From the NCBI RefSeq assembly GCF_001194135.2, contig NC_068982.1, positions 14,860,525-14,924,524 on the forward strand: a DNA stretch of 64,000 bases. The letters run 5' to 3'. The translations under genes were made by a program, and so were the position numbers. Below the pieces are notes generated by a model, which was not told the origin of the DNA, did no database searches, and worked only from the letters and a program-made list of their open reading frames with translations. The DNA is from Octopus bimaculoides (lineage: Eukaryota). Below are positions 50,601-62,481 of the stretch, piece after piece (within the stretch, counting starts at the first letter, position 1; each line of letters opens with the position of its first letter).

Positions 50601-51304
50601 TTTTTAAAAAATGTAGTTAAGGCTTTAGAAAACCCATTGATTCTTGAGTACCTTGAAAACATGTAGGTCATTATTTTGTCATACACAAGTATGATTAATA
50701 AAATGGGGGCAAGCAATAGGTTTTTTCCTATTGTTTTCTTAATTTTTAATGCCGCTTGATGTCGTATTTCGGTTGAAATGCCATCTTTGTTTCAATTAAC
50801 TTTGAAAATAATGAAGAATTTAGCAAAATAACTTTGTCATTGTTAGTCTGGCGTTTGGAACATAAATTAACATGAAATTTTGAGAAGAATTTAATTTAAA
50901 TCACTTTAAAAGGGGAAATTTGTATACTTAAATCCTAGGATGGTCCCAGATAGTTTGCTACCTTAGGGTTTGAAACATAATATATCCTTTTTAACATCCA
51001 TGCAGTGTAATAATAATTTGTCTCATTTCATCTCCATTGTTTCTCAATATCAAAATCATTGAGAACTACTTCTTTAAGTAGTACATTAAGGAGCTTGTAC
51101 ATAGTCACTCCACTTGCAAGAAATAGCAGCCAAATTTCACATGTATCCTACCTAGTAATCTTGAAAATCAGAGAACATATGTATTATAGTCACAGAAATA
51201 TGGGGGTCTGCAAAAAATAAAAGAAAGGAAAATGATCATAGGCCTACTTGATTACGGCTGACTTTGGTTTAAACAATAAAAAAATAACACTTGCTTGCTT
51301 TAAG

Positions 51305-51700
51305 CTATCCATCAATGTTGATGATGACGTTGTTCTGTAGAAGTCTTATCCCACATTTTGTTAGTTGATAGATGTGAAAACAGTCCGATCCTGGAATGGC
51401 AGGTCCTTGAACACAGATGACAAGGGAAGTTGCTCATTATGTTGTTAGTGAGTCTGAGATGACACTGACGTCTCTTTTTTCTCAAGTTTCTGACGTCGGA
51501 TTAGTTCAAAGTGTGCAGTTCCTTCGTCGCAGAGGGAACACCAGGTTTGCCAGTTCTGAGCAAAGTGTTCACGTTGTGCCGGTTGAATGTTGTGCAGGAG
51601 CTGAGGACAAACTTAAGATGGTCCTTGAACCTCTTCTTGAGTCCCCCGTATGAGCAAACACCAGTTGGTAGCTCTCCGAAATAACAATAACAGGCTGTAC
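51305..51700 (-). mobile_element. RTE (BovB-like) LINE 3' end, decayed
   Basis: Minus: YFGELPTGVCSYGGLKKRFKDHLK, then after a frameshift FAQNWQTWCSLCDEGTAHFELIRRQKLEKKRR…TCHSRIGLFSHLST*. Confidence 0.85.
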
Positions 51701-52227
51701 GTAAAAAATTCTTCTGTAGCATATGGAATATTATGGATTGCTGGACGGACGGACGGATGGAGAGACAAAAAGTATTATCTCTAATTGAAGGATATCTCTG
51801 TTAAGGAGATAGTCTATTGATTTTTATTTATCATACTTAACATAAAGGAAATATTACAAAAACAAAACATACATCAGTATATATTAAGTGAATAGCACAG
51901 TGTCTTATTTTATTATGAATTTCACTAATGTAACAGGTGTATGTGTGTTTATGTAAAGCATCTTAAGCTACCTGCTGATCGTGACATGACACCAATTACC
52001 TTATGGTGTGAGAAACATGAGCTTGTGACCAGAGAAGATATATTTAATGTATATATTATATATTGGCCTTAATGTGTATGAAATTGTATAAAACTCTTGC
52101 AATTAATTTAGAAATACACCTGACTTACTTATTTTGTTGGTAGAATATTGCGCAATCATAAATAGTAAATGTAATTGACACATTAAGACATAAAGTGATA
52201 TTTCATGAGCCGCCATTTTCCTATGTT

Positions 52228-52560
52228 ACATAGTAAAGGCATGTGGTTTAGTGGTTAGGGTGTTCAACTTATGATGTTCAGCTCATAAGGTTATGAGTTC
52301 AATTGCTGGCAGTTCACTGTGCTTTTAAGCAAGATACTTTAATCCACTTTGCTCCAGTCCACCCAGCTAGCAAAAATGAGCTGTACCTGTATTTCAAAGG
52401 GCCGGCTTTGTCACACTCATGCTGGGTCTTCCTAAGAACTACATTAAGGATATGTGTGTTTGTGGTGTGCTCAGCCACTTGCATGTTAATTTCATGATCA
52501 GGCTGTTCCATTGATGAAATCAACTGGAACCTTCATCTTTGTAACTGATGGAGTGCCAGT
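52228..52560 (+). mobile_element. SINE family C2 (further + copies at ~55143-55452, ~59306-59605, partial ~62168-62310)
   Basis: GGCATGTGGTTTAGTGGTTAGGG…GAGTTCAATT…AGCAAGA(T/C)ACTTT…GTACCTGTATTTCAAAGGGCC…CAACTGGAACC. Confidence 0.85.
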
Positions 52561-53384
52561 AATGTGTAGAGGAATATATATAGTCAGTACAAGGTGTTGA
52601 TGTGGCTGCGTGTATGTTATTACAAGAGTTCATATAGACATGAAAGAATAAATTCAAAACCTATATATTTACTACATAAAAATATATTTTATTTACTGGT
52701 CGATGATGATACATAGAATCACAATGTAGAATCTAGTTGAATGAAGTAATCTATGCAAGAAAGTTCAGAGATAGAAAATGTAGAAATAACAGCTAAGTGG
52801 TGGTTTTCAGTTATGTGGTGTAGAGAAATAGACGGACATAGCAATGATGTGAATGGCTCTAAGTCTAATCAACTAAGAAGCAAAGAGCTGGGTTAGCAAG
52901 CTGTTTTTATTAATGGAACGCTAGACATTCTGGACACTTCCAAGAGAAACGCTAAGCTTCTTGAATAATTAAGAATCACATCTCATGACTCAGATGTTTC
53001 GAGAAACTTAGAAAAGTGAGGTTACTCTATGATCTTTCTTGCAAGGGAGATCCTTCAACTATTTAGCTACCTACACCACTACAAATGTTTCATATTCAAA
53101 AGAAACGTTTCACACAATAATAAGTAAAACAATATAGCATGGAAGATACATATTAGCTTCTCAAAAACAGTTAACTTCACCTGACCATAAATTATTTGTT
53201 GTCAAAATGCTCAGCACACCAACTGCAACCTGGTCACTAATGCAATTCTAATGTGTCTCTCAATCACATCAGTGAGCAGGTCACAATTGGTGTGATGAAA
53301 ATGTTGGCACCAAATAATAAATGTTTAATGGTTTGCTAAGTGAAATTCAACGAGACTGAATAAACCATAACAGGCAAAACTGAG

Positions 53385-53605
53385 GGCAGCAAGCTGGCAG
53401 ACAAAATGGTTAGCACATCAGACAAAATGGTTATCAGTATTTCTTCTGGTTCTTTCTGTTGAGTTCAAATACTGCCAAAGTCAACTTTACTTTTCATCTT
53501 TTCGAGGTTGATAAAATAAAATACCAACCAAATACTGGGGTCAATGTGATCGACCAGCCCCCACCTCCCTCTAAAATTGCTGTCCTTGTGCCAAAATTCG
53601 AACCA
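53385..53605 (+). mobile_element. SINE family B (further copies at ~55815-56005, ~57287-57668, ~60285-60495, ~63872-64000)
   Basis: GCAAGCTGGCAG…TGAGTTCAAAT…TTTCATC…GATAAAATAA. Confidence 0.85.
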
Positions 53606-54859
53606 TTTAGTTCTTTTGATACCAACCTACCTGAGACCACCTCCAGTTCTATGATACAAAATTCCTGCTTTAAAGGGATGTAGATTCAACCCTTCCATTA
53701 AAATTTCCAAGCACCAGCTTAACAATACCAAAATAAGGGGCCCCCAAAGACTATGAATACACAAACACTTTCTACTTTATAGGAATGAAAGAGAATCCAG
53801 AATATAAGAAATTTACAATTGAACATGACATGTGCTTTCCCATCATTAGTTTCCCAAACAGATATAGATGTTTTTGATCTCGTTTAGATTCTATGCCTTG
53901 AATTCTTTGCCATCAAATTTGATTGCAAAGAATTCAAATGAAATCGAAAACATCTACATCATTATGGTTTCAACACCATTCAGTCCAGTGGTGTCCACAG
54001 TGTTAAAAACATACATATTAAAACATATATATATATATCCACTTGAATCCAGGCTGTACAATTTTTGATCACCTAAACAATGAGGCATTTAATCTCTAGG
54101 AGTGCACAATCACTCAAGAGGTGGCTGTGGCTATGATTTTATACCTATGTGAATTAAGCATTTGAGAAGAATGGACCTCAAATCTACCACATAACAAAAA
54201 TATAGAATATTTACAAGTTATCTCCTCTCTCTTTCTCTCTTTTTTACACACACACACACACATATATGTGTGTGTATCTATGTTATACTGATATTTTGTA
54301 TATCACATGTATGAGATACTGATAGTATTGTATATCAGTGGTATAACAGGAAAGACAATAACCATTTAAATATCAAATTAAATTGAATTATGAGGAAATA
54401 GATTAATTTGTTTTGTAGCTAGAGAGAAAAATAACGGAAGTGGGTGTGAGGAATGCCATGGTAATAACAGCAGCAGTGGTGGTGGTGGTCATGTTAGGTA
54501 TGATAATTATGACGACACTAAGAAGATCGCCAATGACAACATTAATACCAACAACAATGATTAAAACAACTACGATAACGATAATGTTGGTCTTGTTTGA
54601 TGTATAAATTTCAAAGTGAATCTTGTAGCTTTGGAAGATTGAAGTGTCGGGATTAGATGGCATGCCATGCTTTTGGTTTGGTGTCATTCACCACAAGCTC
54701 CAAGCCATCTGCACTGCAATATATATTTCTTCAACTCTTTCAGTTGAAAGGAAAACGATGATACTTCACAAAATATTCCTTCTTACCGTCATCTAATTTG
54801 TCTTACTATTCTTAAAATACAACTTCACATCTTACTCTTCTGTCTGTTGCACCCACTCA

Positions 54860-54865
<6 letters not shown>

Positions 54866-54932
<67 letters not shown>

Positions 54933-54950
54933 NNNNNNNNNNNNNNNNNN

Positions 54951-55041
<91 letters not shown>

Positions 55042-55048
55042 GTCTGTC
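54866..55048. repeat. (CT)n, gap, (TCTA)n
   Basis: Directly visible. Confidence 0.95.
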
Positions 55049-55579
55049 TGTTTGTCTGTCCATCATTTCTTGCTTAATCGTATCATTTTAGATAAAGCAA
55101 GTACTTTTTGCTTTATTCTATTTAAGTGTTTACCTCCAGTGAAGGTGCACGGCTTAGTGGTTAGGGCATTTGTTTCGTGATCATAAGGTCGTGAGTTCGA
55201 TATACAGTGGTGTATTGTGTCCTTGAGCAAGACACTTTTTATCACGTTGCTTCAGTCCACTTATTTAGTAAAAATGGTTGGTACCTGTATTTCAAAGGGC
55301 CAGCTTTGTCACACTGAATTTCCCTGGGAACTGCTTTAAGAGTACACATGTCTGTAGAATACTCAGCCACTTGCTTGTTAATTTCACAAGCAGGTTGTTC
55401 CGATGATCAGATCAACTGGAACCCTCGTTGTCATAACTAACAGAGTACTAGTCATTTACCTTCATTTATTTGTTCTTTGTCACATCTTTGCCCTCACATA
55501 TATATTGGTTACAGCAACGAGGAGTCCTTTACATCAGTGATTCTTGACCAGGGTCCACATAAGATTTTTTTTTTTTGTT

Positions 55580-55735
55580 AAGGAGTGGTTGTGCAGTAAG
55601 CAGCTTGCTTACGAACCACATGGTTCCAGGTTCAGTCCCACTGCATAGCACCTTGGGCAAGTGTCTTCTACTATAGCCTCGGGCCAACCAAAGCCTTGTA
55701 AGTGGATTTGGTAGACGGAAACTGAAAGAAGCCCC
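55580..55735 (+). mobile_element. SINE family A head
   Basis: AGGAGTGGTTGTG…GGTTCAGTCCCACTGC…GAAACTGAAAGAAGCCC. Confidence 0.88.
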
Positions 55736-56390
55736 TCCTCAGATCTTGCTGACCGTGTGCCAAAATTTGAAACCATTATTATTATCATTATCATTATGAT
55801 GATGATGATGATGATAAAGGTAGTGAACTGACAGGATTGTTACCGTGCTAGGCAGAATGCATAGGAGCATTTCTTGAGGTCAGTTTTGCCTTTCATCCTT
55901 TCGGGCTTAATAAAATAAGTAGCCATTGAGCACTGGGTCGATCTAGTCAACTTACCCCTTTTTTTCTGAAATTGCTGGCCTTGTGGCAAAATTTGAAACC
56001 ATTTATATCAATGGAATGGCTTTTGCGTAATTTCTACAGTCTGCATTTTCTTGTCTTAACTTATGTAAGAACACTACAATGTAGAAAGAAGCAAGCAAAT
56101 AGAATTTCACTAAGAATTTCTTTCTTAATATGTAACTAAGTATTACAGAGGTCTGTTATTTTAAAAAATGTTATTCAAAATAAATAGAGCTACTTCTCTA
56201 ACATCCATTTTACTTACTTTTTTTTGTTTTCCAATTTTAGTTTGGACAAGTAGTTTCTTTGTATTTATTCTTGTGATTGTGGATATTTACTCATTCATAT
56301 TTATAATTGTTGGAGGGGGCAAGTAATGTTACATTCAAATGTTAAACAGTAGTAGCCTCTATTTTTTTTTTTTTGTTTTTTTTTGCAACA

Positions 56391-56476
56391 AAGCAGCATG
56401 GGGTAAACAGAGTTATGTACCTTAGTAAGGGTACAGCACTGCTCATGACTCTGTTTTGCCTCATTCTACCTTGCTT
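56391..56476 (+). ncRNA. Unassigned stem-loop, pre-miRNA-like
   Basis: 56399-56417 pairs with 56444-56463 (~19 bp with G·U); inner TACC/GGTA stem; lower AAGCA/TGCTT pairing. Strand not determinable with certainty. Confidence 0.3.
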
Positions 56477-57677
56477 AGAAAGTTGGCTGATAAGAGAAAC
56501 AGGTCAAAAACCATAGGATGGTGAAGAGAAAAGAGAGGTTATTACATTAAAGGGAAATAAAACAAATGGAGTGCCAGAAACACTTATATTAAATAAAAGC
56601 TGATTTTAACATTCTCTTTTCAAATATACATTGATTATCGCATTGGATGGTACTGTAGGAAATCTTAAAAATGAAAAATAATAATTGTATTATGACAAAG
56701 CTTAAATTAGTTAATGGAAGGTGAAAGGAAAATTTTTGAAATAGTCACACCTAATTCAAGAATTTAACCTGTTATTGTCAACAATGGTTTTATAGAATAA
56801 AGTCACTTCAAGAGTTTTAGCTTTTGCATTGTGATGTGAGTTGGAGCTTTACATTATTTAACAAAAATTTATTATATACCTCATATTAAGGATATCAGGA
56901 ATTGACACTATCATTCCCAAGACAGTAACTGCTAAGAATTACATTGCATCAGTAATTCAATTGAATTGAATTCAGTTTAGTTTATTGTTAATGGAAACTA
57001 TTATATACATTTATATAAAAAGATATATTTCAAGTTGAAAGAAGATAGCCAGCAACAGAATTAACAATGTTTAATATATGCCAATTAAATAAATTTAATT
57101 ATGATAACATAATTACTCTCAAGTATATAAACATATGTTCACAGACAATACACATGGCTGTTAGCTATAAGAAACTTACTGTTCCTTGCAGACCTGAGTG
57201 TCATTGTTATCTTTCACAGATGGCCGTAAAGTAACTACCTATTTCAGATGATGTTGGCAATATATATTGGACCAATATATATATTGAGCTGGCAGAACTG
57301 TTAGCACACCAGGCAAAATGCTTAGTGGCATTTCATCATCTGTCTCTACATTTTGAGTTCAAATTCTGCCAAGTTCAACTTTGCTTTTCATCCTTTCAGG
57401 GTTGATAAAACGAATACCAGTTGGGCATTGGGCTTGATGTAATCAACTTAACCTCTTCCTCAAAATTGCTGGCTTTGTGCCATTGTGCCAAAATTTGAAA
57501 TCAATATATATTGAACTTACGGTGGTGAGCTGGCAGAATCGTTAGCAGGCCAGGCAAAATGCTTAGCAGCATTTTGTCCAAATTCCACTGAGGTTGACTT
57601 TGCTATTCATCCTTCTGGGGATGAAAGGATGAAAGGCAAAGTTGCCTTCAGTGGGGTTTGAACTCAGTGTCCATAGA

Positions 57678-57726
57678 CCACTAGACCATAGAGTTTCAAC
57701 CTCTTTGTGGTCATCCTCAGTGGTGG
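57678..57726 (-). ncRNA. Type-I hammerhead ribozyme (intact core, GUC triplet)
   Basis: Minus: CCACCA-CTGAGGA-T-GACC-ACAAAGA-GGTT-GAAAC-TCTATG-GTC-TAGTGG. Stem I 5/6 bp, stem II 4 bp closing G·U. Confidence 0.75.
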
Positions 57727-58417
57727 ATACCTGTCCACTAGAGATAGCAGTAGTTTTCTCCAGCTTGCAATATATAAAAAAAAAACAAGTAACACAGTCT
57801 CTTGCAAAGAGGTTGAAACCATACAGCCTGGTTGTCTCGTGGCTGGAAGAATGTAGGGGTTCACTCCCCTGCTTGCAATATATGTCAGGCCCAGGTTGCA
57901 TCAAATAACCAGCTTGAGGAGACATCCTCCTGAGGTTAAAAATAGCAGTAATGTTGGTTCCTATAGAACAGCCATGTTTAAGTGGTGGTAAACATTACTT
58001 CTCAGTATAATTACTGATTTCTTCTCTTATACAGATTTTCTTAACAAGCTAATTTGCTTGTTTTCAAATATAAATAAAGAGGAAGTATACAAAAATAAAG
58101 ATTATTTTCCATCTTGCTTTTAGTTTTGTTTCATTTTGTATTGTTTATATTTTGAATTACATATATGTGGTTGGTGGGGGGGACACCAAAGTCTTTTAAG
58201 TGTTTAGGGCCTCTGTGGGTCTTAATCCAGTGCTGAACTGATGTAGAGGCAATCAACAGCAACAACAATTGTGCCACATAGATATGATTATACATGCTAT
58301 GAGGCATCATGTGTAGAGCACCAACTTGCTACAAAGAAATAAAAAGTAAAACCATCTCAAGTCATAAAAATAATAATTGATAAGTTCTTTGCAAAGTGAA
58401 AACAAAAAATCTTTAAG

Positions 58418-58454
58418 TGATGTTTTGTTTTTATTTTGTTTTTATCAGGTAAGT
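58418..58454 (+). other. Candidate recursive splice site (acceptor abutting a consensus donor)
   Basis: 29-nt AG-free T-rich tract, then TCAG|GTAAGT at 58448/58449. Confidence 0.35.
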
Positions 58455-60524
58455 TTCAAAATAAAACAGTTTCTTTTACAAATTGATATTTAACAATAAA
58501 CTATAATGAAGTGTTGATGCAGGTGTGCATGTACATGTACGTGTATATGTGTACATATGTATGTATACATACACATGCACACACACGTGTGTAAGTGTAT
58601 GTATGTGTCTGTGCTTGTGCATGTGAGTGTATGGTTCTATTTATATATGCACCCATGTATATCATGACTCACACACTGTTTACTTTCCTGACATTTGTAC
58701 TTAATTCTAAGTACCATACATGCACCTTTGATAAGTTGTAATACACCTGAGCACTGCAAACGATAATTTCATCATCATCATTATTATTATTATTATTATT
58801 ATTTATATGTATGTGTGTGTGTATATGCAGAGTTATAATAAAAACAATTTAACATTAAACTGAAAAATTATTCATTATATTTTTTGCAGAGTACACACAC
58901 ATACACAAACATCAAATTTTCGATCATAACTGTATGAATTATTGAAAAAAAAAAAGATATTTATATATTTTCTGAAACAAAATTTTGAGCCTGTTTTTGA
59001 ATATTTTCGGCATGGTTAATGGAACTTCATTTATTGATAGAGTTCAGTGGTGTAAAATATAATCAGGAAATTTAAAACAGGAATTCTTTCAGAACACGTA
59101 ATTTCTGTTGACAATATCCTGAATCAGTCAATTTATTAAACAAAACTAAATGACTATATTCGTTGAGCTGGGCTCTATTTCTGAAAAACATAAGTTTCTG
59201 ATGTACATTTTTGTAACTAATTTTACGATTTGCAAGGATAGGGCAGTTGTAAAACATGCATTTATTTATTGATTAGTAATTTTATGTGTAAATCTTTCCA
59301 GTGTAAAGGCACATGGCTTAGTGGTTAAGGTGTTTGCCTCATGATTGTAAGGTCATAAGTTCAATATCCAGCAGTGCAGTGTGTCCTTGAGCATGACACT
59401 TTATTTCTTATTACTCTTGTCTGCTCAGCTGGCAAAATTGAGTTGTACCTGTAATTCAAAGGGCCTGACTTGTCATGTTGAATCTTCCTGAGAACTACAT
59501 CTAGGGTGCATGTGTCTGTGGAGCACTCAGCCACTTCATATGAATTTCACAAGCAGGTTGTTCCATTGACTGAATACATTGGAACACTCGTCATTGTAAC
59601 TGATGATACAGCCAGCCAGCCATCCATTCGTTCATTCATTCAAATGTATGTGTTTGTAGCAGAAGCCACTTGTCTGGGCTACCATACTGTGGAACTGAAC
59701 CCAAAACCACACAGCCATATAAAGTAAAAAATTTGATGGTGTGTTGTATTGGTAGAATGACGGACAAAATGTCTTTTTAGCTGCTTACTTATACATCTGT
59801 GTTCAGATCCTATCACGGTGACTTCAGCATTCATTCTTCCAGGGTAAAATTTATAATAACTACTTGTTCAGTACTGAAGTTAATTCTATCATCTGTACAC
59901 CTCCCATCAATTTGAGGTTTCATAGATGTTAGAAATCAATGTTCTCATTTATTAACACATAAAGTGTGACAAGCTACGATCATAGCCGTCAGGCACAGGT
60001 CAACAGGTCACGATCGTGGCCCAGATACAAACATTTAATTTACGGGCGTTAATTGGGGTCTAATGTCACTCAAACGCTCCGATACCCCCCAGAATGCAAG
60101 AGGACTAATAGTTCAACTAATGACTTTTCAGATGATGTAAAACTTGCTACCATTATATACTAAGAAGATATTCTAACTATTTTTTGTTTTTTATGGTGCA
60201 TGGTAGTCTCATTTTCATAAAATATGCTCAGCAGTCCATGTTATGTAAGTGCAAATCCCAGCACTTTATGGGTTGAGGCAGCAGGCTGGCAGAATTATTA
60301 GCATGCCAAGCAAAATACCTAGTTGTATTTGTCCGTCTGTACATCCTTGGATTCAAATACCACTGGGATTGACTTTACCTTTCATCCTTTCAGGATCGAT
60401 AAAATAGGTACCAGTTGAGCATGGGAGTCAATTTAATTGATTTAGCCCCCGCTCCTTCAAAATTGCTGGCCTTGTGCTAAAATCTGAAACCAATATTTTT
60501 TCCTTCTTTTAAAAAAATTACTCA

Positions 60525-60835
60525 GGCACAAACGTGGCTGTGTGGTAAGAAGCTTGCTTTCCATCCACATGGTTCTGGGTTCAGTCTCACTGCGTGGCAC
60601 CTTGGGCAAGTGTCTTCTACTATAAGGGAGAATTTACGAAAAAAACAACAACAGACGAGGACAGGTGGTGTAAACAACAAAAGGATGTATTAGTTTAACA
60701 CTCAGGAATAGAGAAAGTCTTTAACATTTCGAGCTACGCTCTTCAACAGAAAGAATACGGAGAAAACAAGGAGAAAAACACGGAGCCTTGTGAGTTGATT
60801 TGGTTGATGGAAACTGAAAGAAACCCATCGTATAC

Positions 60836-60867
<32 letters not shown>

Positions 60868-61082
60868 CTATGTTTGTGTGTCTTTGTGTCAGTGTTTGTC
60901 CCCCTACCTTCACTTGACAACCGATGTTGGTGTGTCTGTCACCCATAACTTGGCAGCTCAGCAAAGGAGACCGATAGGCTTACAAAGAGTAAGTCCTGGG
61001 GTCGATTTCTAAAAAGCCCTTTAAGGCTGCACTCCAGCATGGTCACAGTCAAATGACTGAAACAAATGCAAGAATAAAAGAA
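60525..61082 (+). mobile_element. SINE family A interrupted by a ~160-bp PLE-like insert (60625-60784)
   Basis: The SINE reads …GTGTCTTCTACTATA[insert]AGCCTTGTGAG…; a short stretch of normal SINE sequence is missing at the junction. Confidence 0.85.
60718..60754 (-). ncRNA. Minimal type-I hammerhead variant (CUGUUGA core)
   Basis: Minus: TCTTT-CTGTTGA-A-GAGC-GTA-GCTC-GAAATGTT-AAAGA. Perfect 5-bp stem I and 4-bp stem II; A6U core change; ATGT in place of palindromic ACGT. Confidence 0.65.
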
Positions 61083-61894
61083 TAATCATAACAACCATGT
61101 TCGTTAAGTTATCGAAGAGTTCTGTGGAGTACGTGATGAGACTTTTGCAAATCTAGTCAGTGGTCCATGTTCAATTCCCAGTTGTAGTTGCCTTGTTTTG
61201 TGAATGCTTTTGAGAAAAGCATGTGTGTAACAACTTTTATTCCCATCCTCCCATTTTCTGAAGTCTAAGTTAAAGAGTGTTAATCACTTGCTAATGGAGA
61301 TCTCTGATTAGCAAAAGCCAAGCAATTCGTTATCTTTATTGAACTACTGTAAGAAGATAAACATTATCGGTAGATAATGTTTCATATTCAAATACAGATA
61401 ATTGTACATTTCATGTAGCAAGATTATTTCAGAAGCGAAAACAAGTTAAATCCTAAGTGAAATTTCAATTTAAGATCATATTGTATCATTTCACACCGAC
61501 AGACTGCAACACACACATACAGAAACTCATTCTTAATCACACCTTACTAGTTATTGCAACAATATTACAAATCTCTTTAAAGACATTTTAAGAGATCTTA
61601 TAAATGTGTTTACTTTCTCAATCTTTTTAAACTTTTAACTTCTTGTAAGGAAGTAATATTAAGATACTTAACTCAACGTCTGAAATGTGTTGTTGCTAAT
61701 AAGATTATAATATCTCAGATAATGACTTTCACATTTAGAAATGCAAAATTGTTTTAATTAACATCTACACTACATTGGTTTGATTCCTGATCATTATCAA
61801 ATGTCTTATTTTTAGATGTTTACTTAGTTCAAGACTGAATTTAAATTTGGAACTTTTTAAAAAACACTGGTACTCTATGCTATGTAAAAATCCC

Positions 61895-62090
61895 TGGTCA
61901 TGGTACCATGTAAAAAGCATGCACTACACTCAGAGTGGTTGGCATTAGGAAGGGCATCCAGCCGTAGAAGCCATGCCAAAACAGACTACGGAACCTGGTG
62001 CAGCTTCTGGCCTTTCCAGTTCCTGTCAAATAATCCAACCCATGCCAGCATAGAAAAACAGACGTTTAATGTTGTTGATGATGACGGTGA
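61895..62090 (+). mobile_element. RTE 3' tail fragment
   Basis: GAGTGGTTGGCATTAGGAAGGGCATCCAGCCGTAG…CCAACCCATGCCAGCAT…GATGATG. Confidence 0.8.
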
Positions 62091-62325
62091 TGAGTTAAAA
62101 ACAACCTTATCTGCTAGGCCATTTAATGCATATATAAATGCATGAATGCAGTCTGATATTATGTGAAAGTGCATAGCCTAGTGATCGAGATGTTAGGCCC
62201 ACAGTAATAAGGTTATAGGTTCAATTCCTAGAGAGGGAAGCACATTGTGTCTTTAAGTATACACTTCATTTCATGCTACTCTATTTTGCTCAACCGGAAA
62301 ATGGGTGCCTGCTGAATATTGGTTC

Positions 62326-62370
<45 letters not shown>

Positions 62371-62444
62371 CTGCTACAGTATTCTCAATGTTTGCTGAGT
62401 CAAGAGTGGGAGAGCCAAGACAGTGCCAGCTAGGTGGAATATAT

Positions 62445-62481
62445 TTGACTGAGGAGGTTTAATAAGACTGAAACATCTCCA
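62445..62481 (+). ncRNA. Decayed minimal hammerhead-like motif
   Basis: TTGA-CTGAGGA-GGTTT-AATA-AGACT-GAAAC-ATC-TCCA. Core intact, stem II with wobbles, ACAT/CTGAAAC explicable as CpG decay of ACGT/CCGAAAC, stem I 3/4. Confidence 0.4.

Noticed and set aside
57693-57819. 15-bp perfect inverted repeat as DNA-transposon TIRs
   Set aside because: No TSD seen, and the repeat coincides with HHR stem II-GAAAC, so it is better read as an inverted partial HHR copy.
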